DNA of 64,000 nucleotides from contig CAXXVZ010000003.1 of NCBI GenBank assembly GCA_963678065.2, forward strand, positions 1,504,001-1,568,000, written 5' to 3'. This document shows positions 1 to 9,295 of this stretch, piece after piece; the first letter of the stretch is position 1; the number at the start of each line of letters is the position of its first letter. The translations under genes were made by a program, and so were the position numbers. The notes below the pieces were generated by a model, which was not told the origin of the DNA, did no database searches, and saw only the letters and a program-made list of their open reading frames with translations. This DNA comes from Treponemataceae bacterium. Its GTDB lineage: Bacteria > Spirochaetota > Spirochaetia > Treponematales > Rectinemataceae.

Positions 1-335
1 CATCGCGGCCCTGGTCGCCGGGTAGGATGCTGCAACACCCTGAGGATTGCCAGGCACACCTCACACAGCATTGGGATCGATGCTTTCTCAAACCCTTGGA
101 CGAAGATCTGGCTGGTTATGAGCCCGCTCTTCAAATGCGTGTATGCACAGTCAAACTGAAAAGAACAGACACCTCTTTAAATAAAGAAATGCTTATAATA
201 GTAAGCAAAATGTATATTACAATAAAGAAATATAGTATTTCAAAAACAACAAACAAGGATACATAATCGTTTTAGGCAAAGTGCAAACGAACATTGTTTT
301 AGTGGGCCGACAATATCTGTCTACCGGGAGGGAAA

Positions 336-1112
336 ATGCCGTATCGGCGATGGTATTCACTCGTCTTGGCCATCATCTTGGTATCCTTTTTTTCCTGCTC
401 TCAGACCTTTCTTCCGACTGAAGAAGAGTGCGGAACCATAAGTATAGAAATGCCGCCCCTTGCTCCATGGTTAGGCGATAAAAAAACCCCCGCCCTATCG
501 GAAGAACGACAACCAGAAAACATGGATGATTCCGCGCGGGCATGGATGGTAGCGTCCAGCGTCAAGTTCGATCTCTACTCCGGATCCTCCATTGCGCTGT
601 CATGGACCTTCAATCCGGCGTCACCCGGCTGGGGTTCCGGAACTGGAGTAGGGACCTCCACAAAAACTGGAATACCATCAGGGACATACACCAAGCTTGT
701 TGCCTCCATATTCAATAATAATGTGTCAACCTCCACTCCCGTGGTAAGTGGAGAAGTACTGTCGGTCACGGTAAATCCTGGTTCCACCACAACGCGTACC
801 ATTACGTGTTTTCCGGTTAGTTCCGTATTCATCGGAACGTCCGGAACGTATTCGTCGACATACAGTCTGGTCACACGTGCGGAAAAATGGTTCCGAGTGG
901 AATCCCCTTATTCCAATACAAGATTTTATGTGAATTCCGTATCCGGCGACATGGATATCTACATCTTCGGGCCGGATGGCTCGTTGCTAGGATCGCAAGC
1001 GTCTAGTGGAACCGGAGAATCATCCGTCGTCCTCTCTACTCCTTCAAATCCCTACTATGTGGTCATGTTCGCCTATTCGGGCGGTTCGGGAAAAATAAAA
1101 TTCTCAAACTGA
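336..1112 (+). CDS. Lipoprotein, two beta-sandwich domains (C-terminal PPC-like); putative pilin-like subunit 1
   Basis: GGAGGG SD; lipobox FFSC; Ser/Thr/Gly-rich beta sequence; DMDIYIFGPDG resembles pre-peptidase C-terminal (PPC) domain; clear paralog of next ORF. Confidence 0.8.
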   Translation: MPYRRWYSLVLAIILVSFFSCSQTFLPTEEECGTISIEMPPLAPWLGDKKTPALSEERQPENMDDSARAWMVASSVKFDLYSGSSIALSWTFNPASPGWGSGTGVGTSTKTGIPSGTYTKLVASIFNNNVSTSTPVVSGEVLSVTVNPGSTTTRTITCFPVSSVFIGTSGTYSSTYSLVTRAEKWFRVESPYSNTRFYVNSVSGDMDIYIFGPDGSLLGSQASSGTGESSVVLSTPSNPYYVVMFAYSGGSGKIKFSN

Positions 1113-1163
1113 TATGACCCCCTCGGTGGGTTGTATATAGACCGTCGTCATTAGGAGGATGCT

Positions 1164-1958
1164 GTGAAAAAGGTATGCATTCTGTTGTGTGCTGTACTGA
1201 TGGTTTTCGCAGGATGTGACATGCTGGGACTCAAAGAGAAAGAAGAAACAGGATCGATCACGTTTTCGATCAGTCCATTCGCTCCATGGCTCATGATGAA
1301 AACGGCCGGGAGCGAATCCCGGGGATTGGACAGTACAGAAGAATCCAAAGCCTGGATGGCCGCGACGAGTGTCAGACTCGACCTGTATTCCGGAACCTCG
1401 ATCGTGAGGACTTGGACTTTCACCAATTCATCCCCCGGCTGGGGGACAGGCACAGGAACTGTCGGTACGTCTACACAGTCCGGTATCCCGGTCGGAACCT
1501 ATACAAAGCTTGTGGCTTCCGTTTTCAATTCATATACCTCAACGACGACGCCTGTTGTTACCGGTGAAGTTACAAATGTAACAGTCAATGTCAGTGCAAC
1601 CACGAATCTGACAATCACCTGTTTCCCCGTCAGCCCTGCCAGCCTGTCTGAAGGCAGCTACTCTTCCGCATTCAGCTTGGTGCAGTACGCAGAAAAATGG
1701 TTTGTGGCAAGTACCTCCACAAACAGTACAAAATTCTATTGCAAATCAAATTCGGGTGATACGGATATATATGTTTTCAAACCCGATGGGACCTTGCTGG
1801 GTGCTTCGACTGCCACGACGACCGATGAGTATGTAACTCTCGACACACCTTCCAATCCATATTACATCGCCGCTTTCGCGGTAGCCGGCGGCAACGCTCA
1901 AGTGAAATTCATCGCGAATACTCCGGATACAGGTACGATCGGCGTAACAGTGAAGTAA
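1164..1958 (+). CDS. Lipoprotein paralog of 336..1112 with extra C-terminal strand; putative pilin-like subunit 2
   Basis: AGGAGG SD, GTG start; lipobox FAGC; shared blocks APWL, AWM.A.SV, DLYSG, SPGWG.GTG, GTYTKLVAS, EKWF, TPSNPYY. Confidence 0.85.
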   Translation: MKKVCILLCAVLMVFAGCDMLGLKEKEETGSITFSISPFAPWLMMKTAGSESRGLDSTEESKAWMAATSVRLDLYSGTSIVRTWTFTNSSPGWGTGTGTVGTSTQSGIPVGTYTKLVASVFNSYTSTTTPVVTGEVTNVTVNVSATTNLTITCFPVSPASLSEGSYSSAFSLVQYAEKWFVASTSTNSTKFYCKSNSGDTDIYVFKPDGTLLGASTATTTDEYVTLDTPSNPYYIAAFAVAGGNAQVKFIANTPDTGTIGVTVK

Positions 1959-1963
1959 ATAAT

Positions 1964-2037
1964 GGAAACCGCATGACAGGCCTCGAGCCTGCCGTGCGGT
2001 TTTCCTGAAGTCTCCGGAAAGACCGCATGAGGCAGGC
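1964..2037. repeat. Three-part inverted repeat (A, A-reverse, A) able to form alternative hairpins
   Basis: GGAAACCGCATGACAGGC (1964-1981), GCCTGCCGTGCGGTTTTCC (1987-2005), GGAAAGACCGCATGAGGCAGGC (2016-2037). Confidence 0.7.
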
Positions 2038-2074
2038 CGATTGGCAGTTCCATGGAGCATGAAAAAGGATCCAT

Positions 2075-2812
2075 ATGAAAAAGCTTGGTTTACGTCGGAA
2101 ATGGGTCATTCTTTCCGTTGTAGTTATCCCTCTACTAGTCTCGTGCGATTTCCTGATTGGCCTTACGAAATCTCAGGATAAAGGCCGTATCGTAGTATCA
2201 CTGTCTTCCGATATGCACGGTCGAACGATTTCACCGCCAACCGATCTCATCGTTGTCGCATACGATATTGATGGATCGGGTCCCTCAGGAAATTCGTTTC
2301 ACTATGAAAATGCAAGCGGTTCGCTCTTCACTCGCGAGGATGTAGCCGTAGGCACCTGGAGCATCACGGCGAGAGGAAAAAACGCGGCAGGAGGCGAAAT
2401 CACACGTGGTACGGTATCGCTGTCCGTATCACCCGGAACGACGGCAACAGCCACTCTGCTGTGTACACCGATCTCTGGTGCCGGAACGCTGCAACTCTCT
2501 CTTTCTTGGCCTGCCGGTACGCTACCCTCACCGTATGCAGAAGCGACAGTAACCTCGTCTGCCGGAGCGGTTCGGAATATCACGTTCTCGATCGCGGGAA
2601 CAACCGCCTCTTGGTCTGCAGACGATCTTCAGAATGGTTATTACACGCTGGGCGTCAAATTGAGGACTTCGGGCGCGGGAAGTTCTGTGGCATGGTCGAG
2701 GACGGAGACTGTTCTGATTCTGTCCGGATCGGTGACGACTGGCTCGTGGGCACTCGCAGAATCTGATCTCGACCTTCCCGAAGAAGGTGTAATCGGCGTG
2801 ACAATACAATGA
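2075..2812 (+). CDS. Lipoprotein, two Ig/transthyretin-like domains; putative pilin-like subunit 3
   Basis: AAGGA SD; lipobox LVSC; paralogous to N-terminal ~250 aa of next ORF (GSGPSG, WSI.A.GKNAAG.EI, LSWP.GT, NG.YTL, WS.TETVLI). Confidence 0.8.
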   Translation: MKKLGLRRKWVILSVVVIPLLVSCDFLIGLTKSQDKGRIVVSLSSDMHGRTISPPTDLIVVAYDIDGSGPSGNSFHYENASGSLFTREDVAVGTWSITARGKNAAGGEITRGTVSLSVSPGTTATATLLCTPISGAGTLQLSLSWPAGTLPSPYAEATVTSSAGAVRNITFSIAGTTASWSADDLQNGYYTLGVKLRTSGAGSSVAWSRTETVLILSGSVTTGSWALAESDLDLPEEGVIGVTIQ

Positions 2813-2850
2813 TGTCACGGTGTATCGGCCGAATCGATGATGGAGAAATT

Positions 2851-5466
2851 ATGAGAACTAGGCCTGCTTCGAAGTGTCTTGTTTTTTTGGCTGCGCTCAT
2901 CGCGATGGGGTTCTTCTCGGGCTGTCCGATTCTCTCGAGTCTGATTCCAAAACCGGAAACGGGTACTCTGGATTTCAGCATCGCGGACGGCTCCGGTTCG
3001 AAGACACTCGACCCTGGTATAGACAGAACGGTCGCAAAATTTACTGTGACAGGGTCGGGCCCCTCCGGAGCTTCGTTCGCGCTGACCGACATTGCCGGTG
3101 GTGCTCATTCCAAAGGCGATCTTGCTGCGGGGGCTTGGTCGATTCGTGCGACAGGGAAGAATGCGGCGGGAGATGAGATTGTCGAAGACTCCGAGAATAT
3201 CACCATAACGGCGGGCAGTAGTACGGCAGTAACGCTGAACTGCCTTCCTATTACCGGGAACGGTGCACTATCTCTCGAACTGTCGTGGCCGATCGGTACA
3301 ATAGGCAATCCCGCAATCGATGCAAAGCTCACATCCCCTTCCGGAAGCGTACAGACGGTAGCGATGAGTATCTCCGGCACCGCCGCAACTGGAACGCGGT
3401 CCGGAATCGCGAATGGATTCTACACCCTGAGCATCAAATTGAAGGATATGGCGTACGATGGGCATCTCTCCTGGTCGAAGACAGAAACGGTGCTTATCAT
3501 GGCCGGAAAGACGACAACCGGCCGATGGGTCCTGACCGGGTCCGACCTCTCCCTTATCTCCACGGGTGGCATCTCGATCGGCATTACGAGCGACTCGAAG
3601 CAACCTATCGCAGTGAGTCTTTCGGGTACTGTACCGACCATCGATCCTGCAAGCCCTGTTACCGTGACTGCATCAGGTGTTCCGACGCCCGACTCATGGC
3701 AATGGTATCTGGATGGAGACCGGATGACCGGGCAGACCTCAGCCTCGATAACCATTGGTTCGAGTTTCGCTTCGGGCATGCACTCGCTCGATGTCATCGC
3801 AAAAAAAGGCGAGGTCTTTGGATCTTCCGGATTCCGTTTCCGGATCGGCTCGGGCTCGGTCCCGACAGGTTTCGCCTATACTCCTGCGACGCCGGTCTAC
3901 AAGGTTGATTTCGCCGGGCAGTCATCGAAAACGATAAGCGTCTCGGGAGCAGCCGGAAAGGCCCTGTATATGGTCAAGACGAATGCATCTTCATCCGCGG
4001 TGGCGGCATCGGATACCGGCGCGGCTCCGAGTGCCTCTTCCGGATATGCATCCAGAGAAAACATACCAGTAATGCTGACAAGGTTTCCTGATAAACCATA
4101 CAGGATCGATCATGCCGAAGCGACGAGATTCAACGAGAATCCGCCTCCGATTCTAAACCGAAGAGAGATCATGATTCCGGGAGCGAATCCGGTGATTCAT
4201 TACGGCGCAGGAGATCCTGCGTACACGGTCGATTCGACGATCAAGAATTTCTGGGTGGAAAATGCGAGCGGGGGATGGATCAGCATACCGGCAACCCTCA
4301 GAGCGATAGGCAGCTACTGCTACATCTGGGTCGCGAATGACAATTTCGCCAACTCTTCGACCGTCGCGAACGACAACAAGCTCACTTCCTCACAGATATC
4401 TTTCCTGAAGGAGAAGTTCGACGGTACACCGGCATCATCGTACAACAACGGAATATTCAAGAATGTGACGGGCATCTTTGGGTATGAATTCGGTGGTGGA
4501 GCTTCAGGAGGCGGGGGAAGAGACGCCGACCAGCACGTTGCAATCCTTGTATATGACATAGACTATGATTATTCGCCCTCTCAGAACAGCGGTGTCGTCG
4601 GGTATTTCTGGTCCAAGGATTATTTTTCTCAGGAAGAGCTTGCAGGCTGGGGATATTCGATCAAGACGAATTATTCCGAGATATGCTATATCGACTCGCA
4701 CTTCTCCGACAGGTATACAAACTACATCGTTTCCACGCTCGCCCATGAATATCAGCACATGATCAACTTCAACGAGAAGAGTGTGAAATGGGATCGGGAT
4801 TCTCCGGCATGGTCCAACGAAATGTGCTCGATGGTGGCGGAGGACCTGACCCTCGCAAACGTCGGCCTCGACCCAGCCGTGTATGGCGCACAGGATAGAC
4901 TTCCCGGATTCACCTATCACTACGCCGAATCCGGAGTCATCGACTGGTTGCCTGGATACGATGTAATGAAGAGCTATGCCGGAGCTTTCGCGTTCGGCGC
5001 TTATCTTGAGCGAAACTACGGCGGCGCGGATCTCTTCTCCCGCATCGCATTGAATAACTCCGTAGGACAGGCATCTATTACGGCAGCGCTGTCATCTGCC
5101 GGTTATTCCGAGACCTTCGAGACGGCTTTCAAAAAATATGGAGAAGCCCTGGTCTTCACGGACAGACCCGCCGGATCGAGCGTAAAAACCCTAAAAACCG
5201 GAGACACCAGCACCGTCGGAGGCATTTCCTATACCGTTGCTCCGATCGATCTCGCCACTATCCAGAACTACGATCTCGCATCGTCGAGATGGGTGCCCGG
5301 ATCCTTCGGAACGCGAATCTACGACATGGGCACTGCGGTTTCGCTACGGCCATTCGGATGCTCCATCCACTCGGGGGCTTCGTGGCAATCGCTTCCCGCG
5401 ACCGCATCCATCACCCTGAATGCCCCGACCGACACCAGTGTAGCGATGTACTTGATGGTCAAGTGA
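2851..5466 (+). CDS. Lipoprotein with N-terminal beta-sandwich domains and C-terminal peptidase M30 (hyicolysin-like) zinc metalloprotease
   Basis: GGAG SD before ATG 2851; lipobox FSGC; STLAHEYQHMINF zinc motif plus downstream W.NE; GVVGYFWSKD motif. Confidence 0.85.
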   Translation: MRTRPASKCLVFLAALIAMGFFSGCPILSSLIPKPETGTLDFSIADGSGSKTLDPGIDRTVAKFTVTGSGPSGASFALTDIAGGAHSKGDLAAGAWSIRATGKNAAGDEIVEDSENITITAGSSTAVTLNCLPITGNGALSLELSWPIGTIGNPAIDAKLTSPSGSVQTVAMSISGTAATGTRSGIANGFYTLSIKLKDMAYDGHLSWSKTETVLIMAGKTTTGRWVLTGSDLSLISTGGISIGITSDSKQPIAVSLSGTVPTIDPASPVTVTASGVPTPDSWQWYLDGDRMTGQTSASITIGSSFASGMHSLDVIAKKGEVFGSSGFRFRIGSGSVPTGFAYTPATPVYKVDFAGQSSKTISVSGAAGKALYMVKTNASSSAVAASDTGAAPSASSGYASRENIPVMLTRFPDKPYRIDHAEATRFNENPPPILNRREIMIPGANPVIHYGAGDPAYTVDSTIKNFWVENASGGWISIPATLRAIGSYCYIWVANDNFANSSTVANDNKLTSSQISFLKEKFDGTPASSYNNGIFKNVTGIFGYEFGGGASGGGGRDADQHVAILVYDIDYDYSPSQNSGVVGYFWSKDYFSQEELAGWGYSIKTNYSEICYIDSHFSDRYTNYIVSTLAHEYQHMINFNEKSVKWDRDSPAWSNEMCSMVAEDLTLANVGLDPAVYGAQDRLPGFTYHYAESGVIDWLPGYDVMKSYAGAFAFGAYLERNYGGADLFSRIALNNSVGQASITAALSSAGYSETFETAFKKYGEALVFTDRPAGSSVKTLKTGDTSTVGGISYTVAPIDLATIQNYDLASSRWVPGSFGTRIYDMGTAVSLRPFGCSIHSGASWQSLPATASITLNAPTDTSVAMYLMVK

Positions 5467-5777
5467 TCCCGCGGAGGAGTTTCCGTTCTCGGGTCATAAT
5501 ACTGTTTTTCAAGGAGTTGCAGGCTTAGGGAGAGAAGGAGCTTTCAGTCAAGCATATTGAGGAAGATAAAGGGGTATTCAGTGGGTGACGCTCATCGGAG
5601 CCCATGTCTCCTCGAAGACTGATGAACTCGTATGGGTGGGTACTCTGAGCGCTGCTGGCCCGGTGGACAACACATCGACATCAAGTTTTCTCGACGTGTT
5701 GGCCGCCGGTCTCTGATCAACTGCAACTGTGCTCCGTCCGGATAGGCCGGAACATTCTGAAAGGATACAGGAAAATT

Positions 5778-6929
5778 ATGAATAATTCGATTCGGTTTAA
5801 AATCGCGCTGGAGCGCTCCATTTTTTCAGCAATAGCAATAATCATTTTTCCCCTTTCGTTTGTGAGCTGTGACATGATCACCGGAGTAATGAATCCCCAC
5901 TCGACCACTACCACAAGTACGACAACTACGACCAGCACAACCACAACAATTCCAATCGTACATGCAACCGGTGCAGTCTGGCATGATTTTGATGATTATT
6001 CTCCAAAACCAAGCATGTGGACCGAGTCTTCCCTCTCGCTGTTGCCGCCGCCGTCCAGTATCCCTGGGTATGGGTGGGCATTCGATACCCATTTTTCATC
6101 TTCTGAAACCATAATTGTCGGCTTCAATACGGTTAACAATGGAGGCTACTGGCAGGATGGTGTATGGGTTTCGTTGGGCGACTTCTCTGTCATACCGAAC
6201 GGCGGTTCATTGAATGGACCTTACTGTGCTGTTGCCGCTTCTGAGATATATTTTGTCGGCCGAAAAGGTACAGGCGAAGGCGGTTATTTCAGAAATGCTG
6301 CTTGGCATTCGCTACCAACACTGCCGGGCACAATATCCGTCTCACCTTTAGGCGTTGTTCTCGTTGGAAGCGATCTGTACATCTCTGGCAATTGCTTTGA
6401 TGAAAGGGGAATGAAACATCCCTGTTATTGGAAAAACGATTCGGTTCATAGGCTGCCGGTCCTGGCTGATGCAAAAGAATCAAGTGCAGGAAGTATCTTT
6501 ATTGCAGATGGTATAATTTACAGTGCAGGCTGGCATCGTATTGAAGGTGAAATTATTGAAGTCGGTTATTGGAAGAATAACACCTGGATAAAAATGGACA
6601 GACAGACGAACCAAGTCGATTTTGAGACTTCGTCAATAGCTGTCTCCAGAGGTAAAGTATATCTGGGCATCTCAAGTCAAAGTCTCGTAAGTGGTGGATG
6701 TGGATATTTTGAGGACTCCTTCTGGAATCCATTGTCGATGAATGATGGGAAAATCCCCCATCTCATGTCGCTTTCGGTTTTCGGCAGCGATGTATATGTC
6801 GCCGGGTGCTACATCTCGGATGATTTCGCATCCGCGCTGCCGGGGTATTGGAAAAACAGAGAGTGGCACGAAGCTGTTTGTCCGGAAGAGTATCCTTTTG
6901 GTATAGTGTGCTCAGTCTCGTTGAAATAA
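5778..6929 (+). CDS. Lipoprotein with Thr-rich linker and repeated GYWKN-type beta-propeller
   Basis: Lipobox FVSC; STTTTSTTTTTSTTTT linker; six G/C-Y-W/F-x-N/D repeats. Confidence 0.75.
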   Translation: MNNSIRFKIALERSIFSAIAIIIFPLSFVSCDMITGVMNPHSTTTTSTTTTTSTTTTIPIVHATGAVWHDFDDYSPKPSMWTESSLSLLPPPSSIPGYGWAFDTHFSSSETIIVGFNTVNNGGYWQDGVWVSLGDFSVIPNGGSLNGPYCAVAASEIYFVGRKGTGEGGYFRNAAWHSLPTLPGTISVSPLGVVLVGSDLYISGNCFDERGMKHPCYWKNDSVHRLPVLADAKESSAGSIFIADGIIYSAGWHRIEGEIIEVGYWKNNTWIKMDRQTNQVDFETSSIAVSRGKVYLGISSQSLVSGGCGYFEDSFWNPLSMNDGKIPHLMSLSVFGSDVYVAGCYISDDFASALPGYWKNREWHEAVCPEEYPFGIVCSVSLK

Positions 6930-6931
6930 CT

Positions 6932-6972
6932 GCCTTCCGCGTGCTGCCACGCGGAAGGCTTCTGTCGTTTTT
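6932..6972 (+). terminator. Intrinsic terminator
   Basis: 12-bp stem GCCTTCCGCGTG/CACGCGGAAGGC, 4-nt loop, T-rich tail, right after stop codon. Confidence 0.75.
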
Positions 6973-7045
6973 GATCGGATTGTGATAGAAATTGTCAGGA
7001 GAGACGCACCTTAGTCCCGCACTTTTGGCACTTCCAGTGCCCGAC

Positions 7046-7495
7046 TTATTCTTTTCCTGGCGGTAGTCCCTTCCCTTCCGAAAAGAAGCTCACTCCTATA
7101 ATCCCCGCGATCAGTCCAACGATTTCCGGTATGATGCCGAATTCAAACCGGAATCCGACCTCCTTGAGTGGGATTTTCTCTCCCATGAAATCGATTCCCG
7201 ATGATTCGGCGTACACGTATGACACGACTATCGTTCCGATTGCGATGATACCACCCCACGAAAAAAGATCTTTCCGCTCATACAGTTTTTTTGTGCTGTT
7301 GAAATAGAAAAATGCCACGGTGAGAAAAACAGCAATTGCAAGAACTATCCACAACACAGGGAATCGGTTCGAGAGTTGCACTCCGGAATATCGCTCGAGA
7401 GTCTGCCCTGAGCATTGTATGCCAGCCCAGGGAAGGGAAAATGATATTACGGCGATTCCAAAACCGGCAGGACTGATGAATTTTTTGTTTTCCAT
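7046..7495 (-). CDS. Hypothetical membrane protein (about 4 TM segments)
   Basis: GAGG SD; hydrophobic segments; FSLPW motif near N-terminus. Confidence 0.7.
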   Translation of the reverse strand: MENKKFISPAGFGIAVISFSLPWAGIQCSGQTLERYSGVQLSNRFPVLWIVLAIAVFLTVAFFYFNSTKKLYERKDLFSWGGIIAIGTIVVSYVYAESSGIDFMGEKIPLKEVGFRFEFGIIPEIVGLIAGIIGVSFFSEGKGLPPGKE

Positions 7496-7615
7496 GGTAT
7501 CCTCGGTAATACATACACTGCGTATAAAAGTGATGCAGCCGTTGATGGAGACTCAATGGCTGCATCATTATGAAAAATTGGATCAATCGTTTTTGAATAC
7601 ACATCGTGTGGCATG

Positions 7616-8449
7616 TCAGATATCCCGTGTAACCTTCTGTACTTTAAAGATGAACTCTCCTTTTTTGAGAATGGTATTGGCTTGATCGACCTGAACGGGA
7701 ACCTCGAAAATCCCGAGAGTCCCTTTTTCAAGATAGGTCACCTTATTGCTGACGCTGTCATAGGCAACTCCCCCATCGAAGAATGCGAAGCCCTTGAAAG
7801 TCTCTCCTGGAAGAATGAATGAATCAGGGTCGTTGATCACCTTGAATTTCTTGTTCATCCCATATTTGGTCATCGCAAGACCATTGTAGATATTCATATA
7901 GACTTTCCAGGGGGTAACTGTCGGTATCAGCTTGGTCCTGTGCTTGATGATCTCCGCTTCAGCTGCGTTATTCATGAAATCGAATGTTCCCTGCTTGTCA
8001 AGACTGGTGAAGCGCTCCCCATCGGGCGTGATGAATCCGGCCCGGAGATCACGCATCTGGATTGTCCCTTTAGTATTGTTCGTGATAGAGATCTTGAATG
8101 TGTTCAGTCCGGCAGAGATCGGGAAAAAATAGTATTTCTTGTTGTTGTAAAAAAACATGTCCTGCATCCAGTATTGATAGACATTGTCACGCTTCATCTG
8201 CGCTTCGAGCTTGTCCTGGGGAATGCCGAGCATGGCTTCGAGATCGCTGTCCGCAAAGAAACGTTTCCAGCTATCGGTGGCAACATATTTTGCCGTAATG
8301 GTCACACCGTCGACGGTTATCGATGCGACCTCGCCAGAATCGAATTCATAGGTTTCGACTTTTTGTGGGACAACAGGCTTTGTGGCACACGATGCGAGGA
8401 GGACGACAAAAAAAAGCGAAAAAATGCAGATCCGTGCAGCACGTTTCAT
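7616..8449 (-). CDS. Hypothetical lipoprotein
   Basis: GAGGT SD before ATG 8449; lipobox LASC. Confidence 0.75.
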   Translation of the reverse strand: MKRAARICIFSLFFVVLLASCATKPVVPQKVETYEFDSGEVASITVDGVTITAKYVATDSWKRFFADSDLEAMLGIPQDKLEAQMKRDNVYQYWMQDMFFYNNKKYYFFPISAGLNTFKISITNNTKGTIQMRDLRAGFITPDGERFTSLDKQGTFDFMNNAAEAEIIKHRTKLIPTVTPWKVYMNIYNGLAMTKYGMNKKFKVINDPDSFILPGETFKGFAFFDGGVAYDSVSNKVTYLEKGTLGIFEVPVQVDQANTILKKGEFIFKVQKVTRDI

Positions 8450-8501
8450 TGAGTGTACCTCTTTATGGTGGGAATTGGGTCTGATCATGGTATCAAGCCG
8501 A

Positions 8502-8924
8502 TTATTCGGTCATCTTTGTGAATGTGAATTTGGTCTTCCCGATGCTTCCGCCCGCATTCATGGCAAGCGTAAGGGTCGAACCAACGATCTTCGCTTCATA
8601 GGGATATGTACTGTAAAGGGTATTCTGAAGGGAGAACACCATACCGAGGTTCGTAATCGTGACTTTGTTTTTCTCAACCGAGTATTTGAAATTGTCAGTA
8701 AAGAGATCATTCTTGGCCACCGCGGAACCGTCGGCATTAAATGTATATTTCTCGGGAGAAGTTGTTGGTAGCGTCGTTTTCTCGCTGTCTATTTCATATT
8801 CCACCAGTTTCCACGTACCGGTGATGTCGATATCCTTCGTCAGCCCCAAGAGATCACAGCCAGTAATGGCAAGACAGCCAAAAAGAAAAAAGAAAATTCT
8901 CCAAAATTTGATGTCGTTTTTCAT
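8502..8924 (-). CDS. Lipocalin-like (DUF5004-type) lipoprotein
   Basis: AAGGAGG SD; lipobox ITGC; ITGTWKLV and YTFNADGS motifs. Confidence 0.75.
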   Translation of the reverse strand: MKNDIKFWRIFFFLFGCLAITGCDLLGLTKDIDITGTWKLVEYEIDSEKTTLPTTSPEKYTFNADGSAVAKNDLFTDNFKYSVEKNKVTITNLGMVFSLQNTLYSTYPYEAKIVGSTLTLAMNAGGSIGKTKFTFTKMTE

Positions 8925-9295
8925 GTATTCCTCCTTGTGATGGTGTGAATGCAGCGAAACCACAGTCGTGAAACGGCTTTTCCGTCCTCCTTCAATAGTC
9001 AGATATCAATCGATTGGTGATATCGATAGTGCAAGTATTTAATACCGTGCCTCGTAGTGAGTGGTATCGGTGAAGATGGAATAGTGAACGGCCTGTATGG
9101 GAAGTGTCATAGGAAAATCTTTACATACCCCGGACACGTGTCACAGGTGTACAAGGAAGGGCATCGGCAGGCAGACGGAAATCTACATACGAAGTAATAA
9201 AAAAAGGTAATCATGGTTTCTTTTGAATCACGACCGCAGTACAATCGGAATGAGCATTTCGCAATCCGATGTCAGGTAGTCGTAAGGGAAAATCC

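Noticed and set aside
27..266. 79-aa ORF at window start
   Set aside because: No recognisable motif or SD; runs into the AT-rich promoter region
5467..5777. CTGATGA at ~5619 suggesting a hammerhead ribozyme in a 310-bp gap
   Set aside because: No stem II followed by GAAA and no flanking stems; gap remains unexplained
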